64,000 bases of DNA from an uncultured Methanoregulaceae archaeon (GCA_963721245.1 CAVRIL010000004.1:6110-70109), one strand, 5' to 3'. Shown: positions 10,508-22,457, numbered from the stretch's first letter. Notes: generated by a model from the letters alone, not told the origin. Translations and numbers: made by a program.

Positions 10508-12350
10508 TCAGTCATTACCCCCGCCTGCCCCGGTTCCCGCCCTGCCGTCATCCTCCTGCATCCTTGCCGGTGATGGTGGCTCCCCGGCACGATCTCCAAC
10601 CGGATTCCTGCGTTCACCGATCTGCTGGCGCCACATGGCGTAATACAAACCCTTCTGGTCAAGAAGACCTGCGTGAGAACCGGTCTCAACAATTCTGCCC
10701 TGCTCCATCACATAGATCACATCCGCGTGCAGGATCGTTGACAACCGGTGAGCGATCAGAAGGGAGATCTGGTCCTTACTCGTGGAGATATCCCGGATGG
10801 TATTGGTGATATCCTTCTCGGTTAGCGAATCGAGTGCCGAGGTCGCCTCATCGAAGATCAACAGGCGGGGATGACGCAGCAGGGCCCGGGCAATGGAGAT
10901 ACGCTGCTTCTCTCCTCCTGACAACTTCATACCGCTCTCACCGATAATCGTGTCGATGCCATGGGCAGAGTTACTCACCAGATCGTCACACGCAGCCTTG
11001 TGCAGTGCATCCATCATCTGTTCATCGGTCGCATCCGGCATGACAAACAGGAGGTTCTCCTTTATTGTACCTGCGAACAACTGGGGGTCCTGCGTGACGA
11101 ACCCGATCTGCCTCCGTAACGGGTTATACCGGATCTGGGATGAGGGCTGACCATTGAAATAAATCTCGCCGCTGTCAGGATGGTATAATCCCAGCAGGAG
11201 CTTCATCAGCGTTGACTTGCCTGCACCGGAAGGACCGACAAACGCGATCGTCTCACCGCTCTTCACGTCAAATGAAATCCCGTCGATGGCATTATAATGT
11301 GCAGTCTTGTGACGAAAGACGACATTCTCAAAACGGATATCGTGCAGCTCGTCGATCTCGATCGGGTTTTCTACATTCTGTTCGACCGGCTTCTGCATCA
11401 GCTGGTCGAAGTTATTGACGGAGGCTTCGACCTCGCGATAACTGACAATGATGGTGCCAAGGTCCTGCAGGGGTCCGAAGATGATGGTGGTGATGAACTG
11501 CATCGAGACCAGTTCTCCCGTGCTCAGGGCTTTCCGGAAGATCAACCAGAGGAGGATGAACAATATCGACTGCTTCAGGATGGACAGCGTTGTTCCCTGC
11601 AAAAACGTCAGCAGGCGGATCCGTTTTACCTTCGTCATCTCCAGGTTGAAGATCTTGAGGTTCTGTTCCCGCAGTCTCCGGATTTCCGGGAAGGTCAGGC
11701 CAAGACTTTTTACCAGCTCGATGTTCCGGAGGGATTCGGTGATCACCCCGGCCATCTCGTTCGTTTCGCGGTTGATCGCCCGCTGCGTCATCTTGATCTG
11801 CCTGCTTAAGCAACCCGGTGAGCGATCCGAGCACGAGAATCCCGATCACAAAAACCGGTACCAGCAGCCAGGTTCTTGGTGACCGAATACGCGATAAGAA
11901 ACGCAATTCCGACAAAGGAGGAGAAGAGGACATTGATGAACAGGTTGATGAATATCTGGGTATCATCTTTTACCTTCTGCAGTACCGATAACGTCTGCGC
12001 CGCTCCGCTGGTCCTCGAACTCGTCATAGGACAGGCGGAGCGTCTGCTGCAGTCCGTCATTGAATATCTGCATCCCGAACTTCTGTACGGCCAGCCGTGC
12101 GAAATAATCCTGGAAGGTTTTGGCAACCTGGGCAAGCACTGCGACAGCGACCGCTACCCCCAGCCAGAACAGCTACGCCCCTGACCAGGGCCTTTTCCGG
12201 GATGTTCGACGGGTTTAAGGCATAATCATCGATGATCTTCCCGAAGATAAGCGGATCGACAAGGTTGAGCAGCTGACTGATACCTGCCAGAATGAGGGCG
12301 ACGATGATAAGCCCTTTCTGTGGTTTTAAATACTTCCAAAGGACACTCAT
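10508..12350 (-). CDS. ABC exporter, fused permease plus ATPase (MsbA-like; frameshifted)
   Basis: Walker A GPSGAGKST, LSGGEKQR, LIFDEATSALD, IAHRLST; the TM domain is split over several ORFs. Confidence 0.9.
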
Positions 12351-12786
12351 TTTTGCCGGATTATGACGCTTAATCGTTGTGATGTCAAACGTAATAATCT
12401 GCATGCCCGCCTCCTGTTTTCATGTAAAACCGTTCCGGAAGCCGGATACCTGAGAACAGGATGAAGATGAAAAACAGGTAGTATCAGCCTCATGTAAGCC
12501 AGGCCGGCCCATATCAGCCCGTCAGCCCGGGCGAATCTCCTTCTGAAAAAATCCACCTTACTCCCCGGACTGCCGCAGAACAGGGGTAATAGATCCAGAT
12601 GGACTATTGGCCCGATGCAATCCAATCCGCCAGAACCCATTCCTTTGATCCTCCCGAGGGGGGCGGAGATCAGCAGAGTGAAATGGGAAGCAATCCTCCC
12701 GGAAGATTTCGGTATTTTTTTTATTTGGGTGGCTGAATATTTCCCATCAGTCTTGTTGAAGGGACCCTGCGGTCCGGAGAGGTACC

Positions 12787-14336
12787 ATGAAGGATGCTGG
12801 ATATGTTATCGCTGTAATGTGCGTCGTAATCGGATGTAGTATCACGGCCGGGTGCGCCACAACGGCACCGGCCCCTCAACCCCAGGCGAGCGGGACACCG
12901 GTTGTTGCTGCGGCAACCGATGCCGGGTTCCGGATTATCACCGAGGAATCCCCGCCGTTCAATTTTGCCGGAGCTGACGGGAAGGCAGCAGGGGTGGCAA
13001 CGGATGTGGTTCAGGGGATTCTCACCCGGTTGAACCAGACGGCTGCAATTGAGATCCTGCCGTGGAGCGAGGGATACGCATTTGCCCGTGCCGGGCCCCG
13101 GGTGGCACTCTATTCCACAGCACGGACCGCCGAGCGGGAGAACCTTTTCAAGTGGGTGGGGCCAATCGCGTCAAATGACTTTACCTTCTATGGAAAGAAC
13201 GGGACCCGGCTGAACATCAACAGCCTTGAGGCGGCAAAAAAGGCAGGGCGTATCGGTGTGGTGAAAGATGACGTGAGGTACCAGTTCCTGCAGGAAAACC
13301 GGTTTACCACTATCACCACCTGCGGGAGCGATGCCGGATGCCTCCGTGACCTGATGGCGGGAACAACGGATCTCTGGCTCGGGAGCAGCATGAATGCAGC
13401 CGAAATCGCCCGGAATACCGGTATCGATCGGTCTGCAGTCAGGGCGCTCTATGAAGTCAGGACTGTGCCGTTGTATATCGCATTCAGTCCCGACACCCCC
13501 GATACGGTAATCACCCGCTGGCAGGATGCTCTTGACATGATGAAAAGAGACGGGACATTTGAGGCCCTGCAAACCACATACAGTATGGCTCCAGCTGCCG
13601 GTGCCGGGACAGCGAGTGCCGGATTCTGCGCGGCACAATGGCTGACCTTGCCCTGGACACCATGATCGCACAGACGGACGGAAAGGCTGAAGGCAATACT
13701 CCGGCCGGTACCAGGTACTGTCAGGCACATCCGAGGTCCAGTCCGGGAACTGGCAGAACATCCGTCCGCTTCTTGCCACGCTCGAGAGCAAGGAGCCGGA
13801 TGTGCTGACATGGTACGCACGTCCTGACGGTTCCTATTATACCGTTGCCGATGGTCTTACCAGCGCCAACCTGAAAAACCGTTCATATTTCCCGGTGGTA
13901 CTGGCAGGGAAGGAATCGGTCGGTACCGTCGTCGTGAGCTTCGCAACCGGGCGGAATGCCGGGATCGTGGCGGTTCCGGTAAAGAATCAGGGTGCTGTCA
14001 CCGGAGTCCTGGGATCTTCAGTATATCTCGATACGCTGACCGGTACTCTCCGGGACGAAATACCCGCCCCGTTCGTATTCTACGCAATTGATACCGGCGG
14101 TGCATTCGCCCTCCATTCGGACAGGGCACAGATATCCCGGAATGTCACGCAGATCGGAACGGATACCTCGTTCGGGCGGGCATTGGTCCAGATGCGGGCA
14201 CAGGACGCCGGGACTGACAGAGTATGACGACGGGGGATTCCACTACGCCGCCAGGTTCCGCTCATCCCCTCTCACGGGATGGCGGTTCGTGGCTGCATGG
14301 CCGCAGTCCACAGGCAGCACGACAGGGACGGCATGA
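12787..14336 (+). CDS. Lipoprotein: family-3 solute-binding domain fused to a Cache-like domain (frameshifted)
   Basis: Lipobox TAGC; TEESPPFNF and RTAERENLFKWVGP (SBP_bac_3); WYARPDGSYY..NLKNRSYF..VAVPV..GVLG (Cache). Confidence 0.8.
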
Positions 14337-14403
14337 GCACATGACCGCCGGGAGAATCGGGCAGGCCATTCCCCGGACTATTTTATTTTTGTCATAACTC
14401 TGA

Positions 14404-14922
14404 TCAAGGATTTCCTCCTTCAGAATCAATTAAAACCCGGTCCAGGCCGAGGATCAATCCGGACACACCTGATGCGATAATAAGGTCTGTTATCACCGTC
14501 CAGGTTAGTTGCCACAGAACATTCACGGGCTCCACCACTCTCAGGTCCCCCTGCAGTGCACCCCATGCGAGCAGGGAACATAACGAGATGAAGGCAGCGA
14601 AGAAAACCGCGTAGAGGACCGGAATATGCAGCAGGTATTTTTGCATGAGAATGATGGGGGGAAGGATGAGGAGGGGGTGGGTCAGAATACCGGTGAGGAA
14701 CAGGAAAAATCCGGATTTTTCGGGATTTGAAGGATCCACCGAGGTATAGATTATCACAAGTACGATTCCTGCAACGAGGGGTACCAGGTACTGTGCCCGC
14801 CGGCAGGGAATCAACCGGACAGCCAGAAAAAAACCCATGGTAATGAGTGTCAGGGGGAGGCCAAGGGTTATGGCGAGGACGAGGACAAGCACCAGGTTAC
14901 CGGGGTCGAACAGTGCGATCAT
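14404..14922 (-). CDS. Integral membrane hypothetical protein
   Basis: 172 aa with about 5 hydrophobic segments. Confidence 0.7.
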   Translation of the reverse strand: MIALFDPGNLVLVLVLAITLGLPLTLITMGFFLAVRLIPCRRAQYLVPLVAGIVLVIIYTSVDPSNPEKSGFFLFLTGILTHPLLILPPIILMQKYLLHIPVLYAVFFAAFISLCSLLAWGALQGDLRVVEPVNVLWQLTWTVITDLIIASGVSGLILGLDRVLIDSEGGNP

Positions 14923-15134
14923 TTGGTTCTTTATATACAGGGTAACGTATATCTCGATTTTGTTTTTCTTTCATTCCTGATCTTGAGCCATTGCGAGTGA
15001 CCCGGGATCGGTCACCGGAATAGATATACCAGAGTTCGGTATGATCCTGATTCCTGTCTCAACCAAATCCCACAAACCGATAGCTCTGGCACTGGTATGC
15101 CGGTATGGTTTTATCCTTTTGTTCCCCGTGAGCC

Positions 15135-15848
15135 TTACAGTGCATCAAACTCCTGCCGGATCCGGTAAAAGTACTCGTCAGAGAGCTTGTCTTCCATCCC
15201 GTAATTCCGGTACACCCGGTCGGCATAGTGGTAGTTCATACGGTCGATCAGGACATAGTCAATCTTTCCTTTCAGGAGATCCGCAAGCCCCTCTGCTCCC
15301 GGAAGCACCGGCGCAATCATGGCATAGGTCCGGATACCGGCAGTGTGGAGCTCCTCGAGTGCCCGTATCCGGTCGGGGATGGGAGGTGCATCCGGTTCGA
15401 ACAATTTCCGGATGTTGTCATCAGCAGTAGTGACAGAGAGCCCGACCTCAACATCCGGTGCATCCCGGAGAATGTCCAGGTCACGGAGGACCAGCGGTGA
15501 ACGGGTCTGGATGATGACCGGCCAGGTGTTCTGTAGCAGTATCTCCAGGCACTGCCGGGTCAGCCGGTACTGTGCCTCGAGAGGCTGATACGGGTCGCAC
15601 ACGCCGCTGACCCAGACGCGTCCCCGCCTCTTCTTTTTGATCTCCACCCGGAGCACTTCCGGGGCATTGATCTTGACATCAACGAATTCTCCCCAGGGTT
15701 CCCTGTGCCCGGTCACCCGTTTCATGAATCGTGCATAGCAGTACCAGCAGCCATGCTGGCAACCGGTGTACGGGTTGATGACCCAGGGATAGATCTTTGA
15801 GGGAGAGAGAATACTTTTTGCGCAGATTTCCTGTACCATCAGCGTCAT
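15135..15848 (-). CDS. Radical SAM protein (spore photoproduct lyase-like family)
   Basis: INPYTGCQHGCWYCYA (CxxxCxxC), DPYQPLE..LTR, FEPDAP..RI.AL. Confidence 0.9.
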   Translation of the reverse strand: MTLMVQEICAKSILSPSKIYPWVINPYTGCQHGCWYCYARFMKRVTGHREPWGEFVDVKINAPEVLRVEIKKKRRGRVWVSGVCDPYQPLEAQYRLTRQCLEILLQNTWPVIIQTRSPLVLRDLDILRDAPDVEVGLSVTTADDNIRKLFEPDAPPIPDRIRALEELHTAGIRTYAMIAPVLPGAEGLADLLKGKIDYVLIDRMNYHYADRVYRNYGMEDKLSDEYFYRIRQEFDAL

Positions 15849-15887
15849 TTCATGTAATTACGTTCATGGATTCCTGGACCACCCCTG

Positions 15888-16131
15888 CTATCTCCGTGCG
15901 CAGAAGTGCCCGATGACAAGGCTGTTGCGGGTAAAGAGGCTCGCAGGCCGGGCAGTAACAGCCAGCCTCCTTCTTTAAGGGAACCGGTGATGTCCCTCGT
16001 GAGCAGAAGAGGATGTCCGGTTGCAATTGCTCAAGGGTATTGCGTTTGTAGGTCGGACATGATCCACAGTACTTCATGCAGACCTGCCGGTTCTCCTCGG
16101 TATCCTCCACATCAAGCGTGCTGCTTTTCAT
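15888..16131 (-). CDS. DUF2769-type small Cys-rich protein (frameshift near the 3' end)
   Basis: VEDTEEN..C..CGSCPTY, LFCSRG, GCYCPAC; the re-joined tail ends GHFCARR*. Confidence 0.75.
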
Positions 16132-16340
16132 GATGAGTGGATTGTGTCATCGGCATTAATATGCTTCCCGTGGGTTTCTGCCGAAAAGAACCGATAAAAA
16201 ATAAAATGCCAAGTCCCGTTCTTCCCTGGTACGCCCACTCCGTCCAAATACCATCCTGTTCCAGGTTCTATAATGGCTCTGTTCAGACACCAGGTCTGAA
16301 TTCACACCCCCGGGGATACTCAAAAGGATAAAAAAATGTC

Positions 16341-16586
16341 CTAACGCCTGACGCAGAAATAGCCGCCGCGGAGATGGTCCTTTGAGAAGAGCTCGCAGGC
16401 AGGGCAGAAGCAGCCGATCTCCTTCATCGAGGTGGCTGATGACTGTCCGCATGCGCAGAAAAGTTCGGCTGGCCGGTATTTTTCCAGGGAGTGATGCTTG
16501 TAGTTCCGGCAAATCGTGCAGTACTTCCGGCAGATTTGCCGGTTCTCCCCGGTGTCCTCGATAACAGGTTTGCCGGAGTTAATCAT
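16341..16586 (-). CDS. DUF2769-type small Cys-rich protein
   Basis: IEDTGEN..C..CTICRNY, LFCACG, GCFCPAC, GYFC; paralog of 15888-16131. Confidence 0.8.
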   Translation of the reverse strand: MINSGKPVIEDTGENRQICRKYCTICRNYKHHSLEKYRPAELFCACGQSSATSMKEIGCFCPACELFSKDHLRGGYFCVRR

Positions 16587-16744
16587 GGTGGAAAAAAGTG
16601 TGAGATAAAGGATAATAGATCTTTTTATCTGGATTTTCGGGAAGATCGGGGGTGGATTCTGGCGTCGTTAGTATCCCCCCCCGGTGCGTTTGTTCAGGAT
16701 ACTCCCATGGGCAAGGATCTTAACAGGTACCTGAGCCGGTCCCC

Positions 16745-17245
16745 TCACACCCTCATCTTCCCGGGCAGTTCCCGTGCCCATGAGGTTATGGCCGTCCAGT
16801 CACGGAAATCCCCGACCGGTGACTTCACCTTCCTGGTGATCCACCGCTGGAACCAGGACAGCTTCTCCGGGTCCAGTCTGCCGGCAAAGACCGTCTCAGC
16901 GACAGGCTGGAGCGGGGCCAGGGCGGCATGGAGCGCCTTTTCTGCCCAGGCAATCCCTTCCTGGTCTTTTACGGCCGCCGAAAGACAGACAACAAACCCG
17001 GCAACCGGAACCCTCGCAAGATCCTGCTCATGGCGTTTCACGAATTTCCCGATACTGCCATCAATCCGCCCCATGTACATCGGCCCACCGATCAGGACCG
17101 CGTTATATCCCTGCAACGATGTCACCTTCGCGATCCCGATAGCATCGGCAGTATGCCCGGCGGCCTGCAGTTCCTTTCCAATAGCCTGGGCAATTTCCTC
17201 AGTCGATCCCTTCCTCGAAGCATATGCTACAAGAATTCGTGCCAT
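16745..17245 (-). CDS. Flavodoxin-domain protein (HemG-like)
   Basis: ILVAYASRKGSTEEIA, FAGRLD, GDFRDW.AI.SWA. Confidence 0.88.
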   Translation of the reverse strand: MARILVAYASRKGSTEEIAQAIGKELQAAGHTADAIGIAKVTSLQGYNAVLIGGPMYMGRIDGSIGKFVKRHEQDLARVPVAGFVVCLSAAVKDQEGIAWAEKALHAALAPLQPVAETVFAGRLDPEKLSWFQRWITRKVKSPVGDFRDWTAITSWARELPGKMRV

Positions 17246-17433
17246 GGCTTTCACCGGACGGAGATTATGTGTCAGGGATTATTAAAACCGGTGGCGGATT
17301 TCGTGGTTACCCGGAACACGTGCCGGCGGTCTGGCCTCGTCATCGCGTGTTCATGAATTGCCAGCTGGTCTATTATCCTTCCTGAATAAGAATTTTTATT
17401 ATCTGGTAATCCAATGAGGGTTCGTGATTGTTG

Positions 17434-17801
17434 ATGTCGACGATTGTTCATTTTGACGTACCAACCGAAGATGTTGAGAGAGCAAAGAAATTCTATTCAG
17501 CCCTTTTCGGCTGGAAATTCGAACCTGTCCCCGGAATGGAGTACAACCTCTTTACCACAACAAACCTGGACGGGACCCCCGGGTCGGGGGAGGTATGGGA
17601 AAGAGGATGGATCCATCGCAGAGAATGCTGAATTATTTCGGGGTCCCTTCCCTTGACGCCGCGATGAGGCAGGTGACAAGCCTCGGCGGGAAAGTTATTA
17701 CAAACAAGATGGCGGTTCCAGGGATGGGCTACCTTGCCTCCTGCATCGATACCGAGGGAAATACGTTCGGGCTTTGGGAAGAAAATACCCAGGCACAATA
17801 A
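17434..17801 (+). CDS. VOC/glyoxalase family protein (frameshifted)
   Basis: IVHFDVP..RAKKFY..LFGW and DTEGNTFGLWE. Confidence 0.88.
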
Positions 17802-18014
17802 ATGAGTGTTGTGTGCTCCCTTAAAACCATTATTTTGCCTTCATGTTCACCGGAAGTAATTCAAAAAATTATGTCTGCCGGGTTTTTCCTACACTCCCAC
17901 TCTCCCGACCCTTTTATACGATTCAACATCGACGGTATTAAACCGAAATAATCCGGGGTGACCCTTCTATGACGAAGAAAAAGATGACGGGCCAGTCACT
18001 CACGATAAGGTGCC

Positions 18015-18425
18015 TTAACAGAGAGACTCCCCGGTACCTGCAATGGCGCCCGTGGCATTATTGACAGTATCGAGAAGCGAATGGGTAAACAGGTACGGGA
18101 TATGATAACCCATGATGGCAGACACATTGTTCAGGGCATCAAATGCCGTATAGGCAACGATACAGACAAGGAGCAGCATCGAGAGGAGACCCGGTTTCTC
18201 GTTCTGCCGGAGGATATATGGTATGGCAACCATGAGGGGAAGGAGGGCCAGTATTCCAAGGAGCATGCAGGGTACCATGCCGACACGGACAAAACAGGCT
18301 GCGGCAACTGAATTGCATTCCATGAAATGTTCCCGGGTCGACGCCATAGAGAGTGTTGATGCAGACGCAACCGTAGCAAAAAACATTGCCGCTCCAACGA
18401 ATATCCAGTACCTTGGGTGAAACAT
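18015..18425 (-). CDS. Membrane hypothetical protein
   Basis: 136 aa with 3 hydrophobic segments. Confidence 0.65.
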   Translation of the reverse strand: MFHPRYWIFVGAAMFFATVASASTLSMASTREHFMECNSVAAACFVRVGMVPCMLLGILALLPLMVAIPYILRQNEKPGLLSMLLLVCIVAYTAFDALNNVSAIMGYHIPYLFTHSLLDTVNNATGAIAGTGESLC

Positions 18426-18566
18426 TACATCACACTGAATTTTGTTTTCTGACGAATATTTGATGCAGGAACCTGAGGAGAATACTACACCGAAATACCC
18501 GGAATCTTCACCAGCTCTGCACCGGTACCTGCTATACAGAGGGCACCTGTATCACGCCAGCCAGCA

Positions 18567-18878
18567 TCAGTCACCCAGGGTCATCGATCGCGACGACCGG
18601 ACCTCATAGATTTTTAATGCGGTGGGGGCCGAATGCCATGACGCAGTTTTTGCAAAATATACCTGCATATGAGGTTGTGTGATGTGTTCGTCAAGATGTT
18701 TCTGACTTTCCCACTCTTCAATGAAATGAAATGCCCCGGGAACATGAACATCAACAACCAGTTCATACCGGATACACCCGGACTCTTTTTGAACGGTTGG
18801 GATGATCTTCTGAACCTCACGGATAAAATCGCTGTGCCGTTCCGGCACAATCGCACAACATGCATCAACAAGTATCAT
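18567..18878 (-). CDS. ABM / putative quinol monooxygenase family protein
   Basis: ESGCIRYEL..FIEEWESQKHLDEH..PH. Confidence 0.88.
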   Translation of the reverse strand: MILVDACCAIVPERHSDFIREVQKIIPTVQKESGCIRYELVVDVHVPGAFHFIEEWESQKHLDEHITQPHMQVYFAKTASWHSAPTALKIYEVRSSRSMTLGD

Positions 18879-19104
18879 GGAATTCCTCAGTTTTTCCAGT
18901 CCGGATCGTTGTCCGGGGGTCCGTCCCGTCCCGTTTTCGCAGGAACTACTGGTATATCATGTTTCCCCGTGTTTAAGCATTTCCATCGCTGTCTGGTGGA
19001 AGCACGTAGTCTCTCAATGAATCATCCCCAGAGAATATTTTTTCATGACGGAATGATGAGGCCATGAAAAAAGGTTATTATCCCCCGTAGGGAAAGGGAT
19101 CATC

Positions 19105-19545
19105 ATGCACTATGGAATACTTTGTACAGGATTGATTTGTGTACTGGTAGTGGCGGGTTGCACCTCACCTCTCGCACCTCCGCCGACCACACCAACACCA
19201 CAGATACCTACCGCTACCGTCACGATTCAGGTACCGGAGTCCACATCCACCATCAGGACGGCACTGCCCGTAACCACTCCGTTGATAACTCAATTGAGCG
19301 GTTATGGCGATGATGTCCGGACACTGGTCACGACAGGATCCGGGATCCGGGATTTCACTATGTCCAATTCCGGAAACAGTAATTTCAATGTTGTATTGAA
19401 GGACAGTCACGGTACGACAATCTATTTCCTGACAAGTGCCATTGGACCCTATACCGGGAGGGTTTCCAAACCTCTTGACCCGGGGACCTATTATCTGGAG
19501 ATAACCGCGAAGGGTCCCTGGACAATCGAGATCTCTCCGGGATAG
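19105..19545 (+). CDS. Lipoprotein with a beta-sandwich domain
   Basis: Lipobox VAGC, Thr/Pro linker, SGYGDDV..GNSNFNV..IGPYTG..YYLEITA.GPWTI. Confidence 0.8.
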   Translation: MHYGILCTGLICVLVVAGCTSPLAPPPTTPTPQIPTATVTIQVPESTSTIRTALPVTTPLITQLSGYGDDVRTLVTTGSGIRDFTMSNSGNSNFNVVLKDSHGTTIYFLTSAIGPYTGRVSKPLDPGTYYLEITAKGPWTIEISPG

Positions 19546-19669
19546 GTCCTACTCCGGAAACAGGTCACCCGGATGGACAAACAGGGCGCAAACAGGGCAC
19601 GGATGAGAAGGTGTAAGATAAGGTCACTGGGGGTACCAGTTCGACGGAGAACACCTGAATTGTACCCGG

Positions 19670-21317
19670 TCACACAGTAATCCGGCACATTTCACAGCCC
19701 CGTGAGAGTACCTGATCCTTCTTACTGTGTACCGGTAAATGGTAACCCCCTTGCATCCAAGGGACCGGGCAAGGAGGAATATGCGGCTGATCTCCTCCAC
19801 ACCGGCATGCCCGGGCAGGTTAACGGTCTTGGAGACGGCATTATCAACATGGTACTGGACTGCTGCCTGCATGCGGACATGGTGATCGGGGGGAATCTCC
19901 ATCGCGGTTTTATAGAGATCCCGTATGGCTTCGGGAACCGGTGCAAGAACTCAGGGTACCGGTCCTCTTCACCATGTCAAGGATATCCCGGCCGGTGCCA
20001 AGCGTTGCGAGATATTTTTTTACCATCGGATGAATGAGGGTGACAGAGCGGTTGCCGATGTGCCGGGTGCCGGCCAGGGAAAACAGTGGTTCGATCCCGC
20101 TGCTGGTTCCGGCTATCAGATGGAGGGAACCCGTGGGAGCAATGGTCGTCACCGTCGCATTCCGCATTTGTCCGGAAAAAGACACTCTTATCGATCGCGG
20201 GAAACGAGCCCTTATCCCCGCCCAGTTCCCGGGAGGTTTCCCGTGCCTCGCGGGAGATGAGAGCCATCGTGCGGTCGGCAAACCGGAGTGCCTCTTCCGA
20301 TTCGTAGGGAATGTTCATGAGGATGAGGGCATCAGCAAGTCCCATGATGCCAAGCCCGATCTTCCTGGTCAGCAGGGTTTTTTCCCTTATTTTCCGGATC
20401 GGGAACCTGTTCACATCGATGACTGCGTCGAGGAACTGCACTCCCCGCCGGGTCTACGGTCCGCACCAGATCCTCGTCCAGTTCGCCCTTCGTGATGCAC
20501 CGCGAGAGGTTGACGCTCCCCAGGTTGCAGCTTTCAAAGGGCAGGAGTGGCTGCTCGCCGCAGGGATTCGTGGCTTCCAGGTTCCCAAGGCCGGGCACAG
20601 TATTTTTCCAGTTGATGGTATCGAAGAAGAGCACACCGGGGTCGCCACACCGCCATGCTGCCGAGCAGAGTGCGTACCAGAGCCTGCCAGGGTCGATGCT
20701 GCTTCTTACCGAACCGTCCCGGGGATTCGATCAGCTCATAGTCGGAGCCACGCTCAAGGCAATGGAAAAAATGTGCATCAAAACCGACGGAAAGATTGAA
20801 GTTGGAAAGGCCCCCCTGGATTTTTGCATTGATAAACTCCAGGATATCGGGATGGGAGCAGCTGAGGACACCGCCATATTTGCCCCCCTCCGCTTTCCTC
20901 CCTGTTTCACGGCATTGGTGGCCTCATCAAAGACCCGGATGAACGGGAGCGGGCCGCTTGCTGCTCCACTGGCCGAGGATACGGGATCGCCGGCCGGATG
21001 GAGATGGCTGAAGGAAAACCCGGTCCCCCGCCGCTCTGGTGGATCAGGGCCATGGTGGTAAGGGTGGAAAAGATTTCGCGAAGGGAATCCTCGACCGGCA
21101 ACACAAAACAGGCAGATAGCTGGCCGGATGAAGTGCCGGCATTCATCAGGGTAGGCGAGTTGGGGAAGAACAGCAGGTTCTTCATCACGTGAAGGAAATC
21201 CTGGGATTGGGGTGTGTCAACCGCGCCTGCCACCCTGCTGAAAGGCTCGTCGGGGGTTTCCTGCGGGAGGAGATACCGGGTCTTAAGCAGGGATTTTGCC
21301 GCAGGAGTCAGGTCCAT
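19670..21317 (-). CDS. nrdJ: Class II (adenosylcobalamin-dependent) ribonucleotide reductase, multiply frameshifted
   Basis: [73 protein letters not shown] and C-terminal CEMC, spread over many ORF fragments. Confidence 0.9.
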
Positions 21318-21506
21318 CGTGGTCAGATGACTGTGTTTACCTGAACAGGATATATAGGTTATCGGTCAGCTGGATGTATTTCAAAGAGGAGTGAACCTGT
21401 CCGGACCAATGATCAATCTGGAGTTACCGTGTCCAATGATGGCCTGGCCTGTAAAATCCGGGCTCCCGGACCTTCCCGGCTGGTGCAATACGGGCACAAT
21501 ACAACA

Positions 21507-21725
21507 TTACGATTTCTTTGGCGGGATCGCCAGCAGGTCGTCGTGTTCGTTCGGCTCCTTCTTTTGCATTGACATTCCAATGTACGATACCACAAAAGCG
21601 GTGAGGATGATCCCTCCCAGCAGGACCGTCTTGGTGGTGGTGTCCGGCAGGGTGAAGGTAAGGATAATGAAGATCGGGAGCAGCCCGATCGCAATGAGTT
21701 TCAGATGTATCTCTTTGATGTTCAT
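21507..21725 (-). CDS. Small two-TM membrane protein
   Basis: 72 aa with two hydrophobic helices; agggag RBS. Confidence 0.6.
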   Translation of the reverse strand: MNIKEIHLKLIAIGLLPIFIILTFTLPDTTTKTVLLGGIILTAFVVSYIGMSMQKKEPNEHDDLLAIPPKKS

Positions 21726-21947
21726 GTCCGGTTCTCCCTCTTTTACTCTGAAAAGCATTAATCCGTTCGTCGCCGAATTACATATGCGTTTCGAGACTGG
21801 TGGGTGCTTAAAAAATGACCGTAACCAGCTGATGGTATTCGATAAAAAAATAGGACCCGCCTCGGGTTCCTCCCGGCAATCGGGTTTTGAACGACCATGA
21901 ATCCCCGGGGCGGCATCCGTGGCAGCGGTAAAAACACGGATTAGAAC

Positions 21948-21955
21948 TATATAAA
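21948..21955 (+). promoter_or_regulatory. Archaeal TATA box of the flavodoxin gene (probably leaderless)
   Basis: tatataaa ends about 24 nt upstream of the ATG at 21979, with purine-rich sequence just upstream and no RBS. Confidence 0.5.
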
Positions 21956-21978
21956 GAAAAAACTATACATCTAAAAAT

Positions 21979-22401
21979 ATGGCAGATATCATTGTATTGG
22001 TGAATTCCCGGGGCGGGAATACCCGGAAGGTGGCGGATGCCATTGCGGAAGAACTCGGCACGAAGGCTGGAGAGGTCGGGACGGTGCCGGCAGGTGGTGC
22101 AGGGATCCTGTTTCTGGGAAGCGGGACATATGGCGGCAAACCCGGCGATGCCATGATGAACCTTATCGGGTCCGGTACCTTCACGGGACGAAAGGTCGCC
22201 CTGTTCGGAACCTCGTCGAGCGTCGCGGGGAGCCAGAACATGATTGCGGTAATGTCTGATGCCTTAAAGGCAAAAGGGGCCACCATCATGGGAAGCTACC
22301 ATTGCCGGGGCAAATTCCTGTTGTTAAACTGGGGCCATCCCAACAAGGAAGACCTGGATAATGCAAAAAAGTTCGCACGAGAGATGCTCAGTCTGGGCTG
22401 A
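21979..22401 (+). CDS. Flavodoxin family protein
   Basis: SRGGNTRKVADAIA, LFLGSGTY, KVALFGT, GHPN.EDL..A..FA. Confidence 0.88.
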   Translation: MADIIVLVNSRGGNTRKVADAIAEELGTKAGEVGTVPAGGAGILFLGSGTYGGKPGDAMMNLIGSGTFTGRKVALFGTSSSVAGSQNMIAVMSDALKAKGATIMGSYHCRGKFLLLNWGHPNKEDLDNAKKFAREMLSLG

Positions 22402-22457
22402 ACCGGTTTGCTCCGCCTGAGAAATGGATGATTCTGTCGGGAAAAAAATTGATTTTT

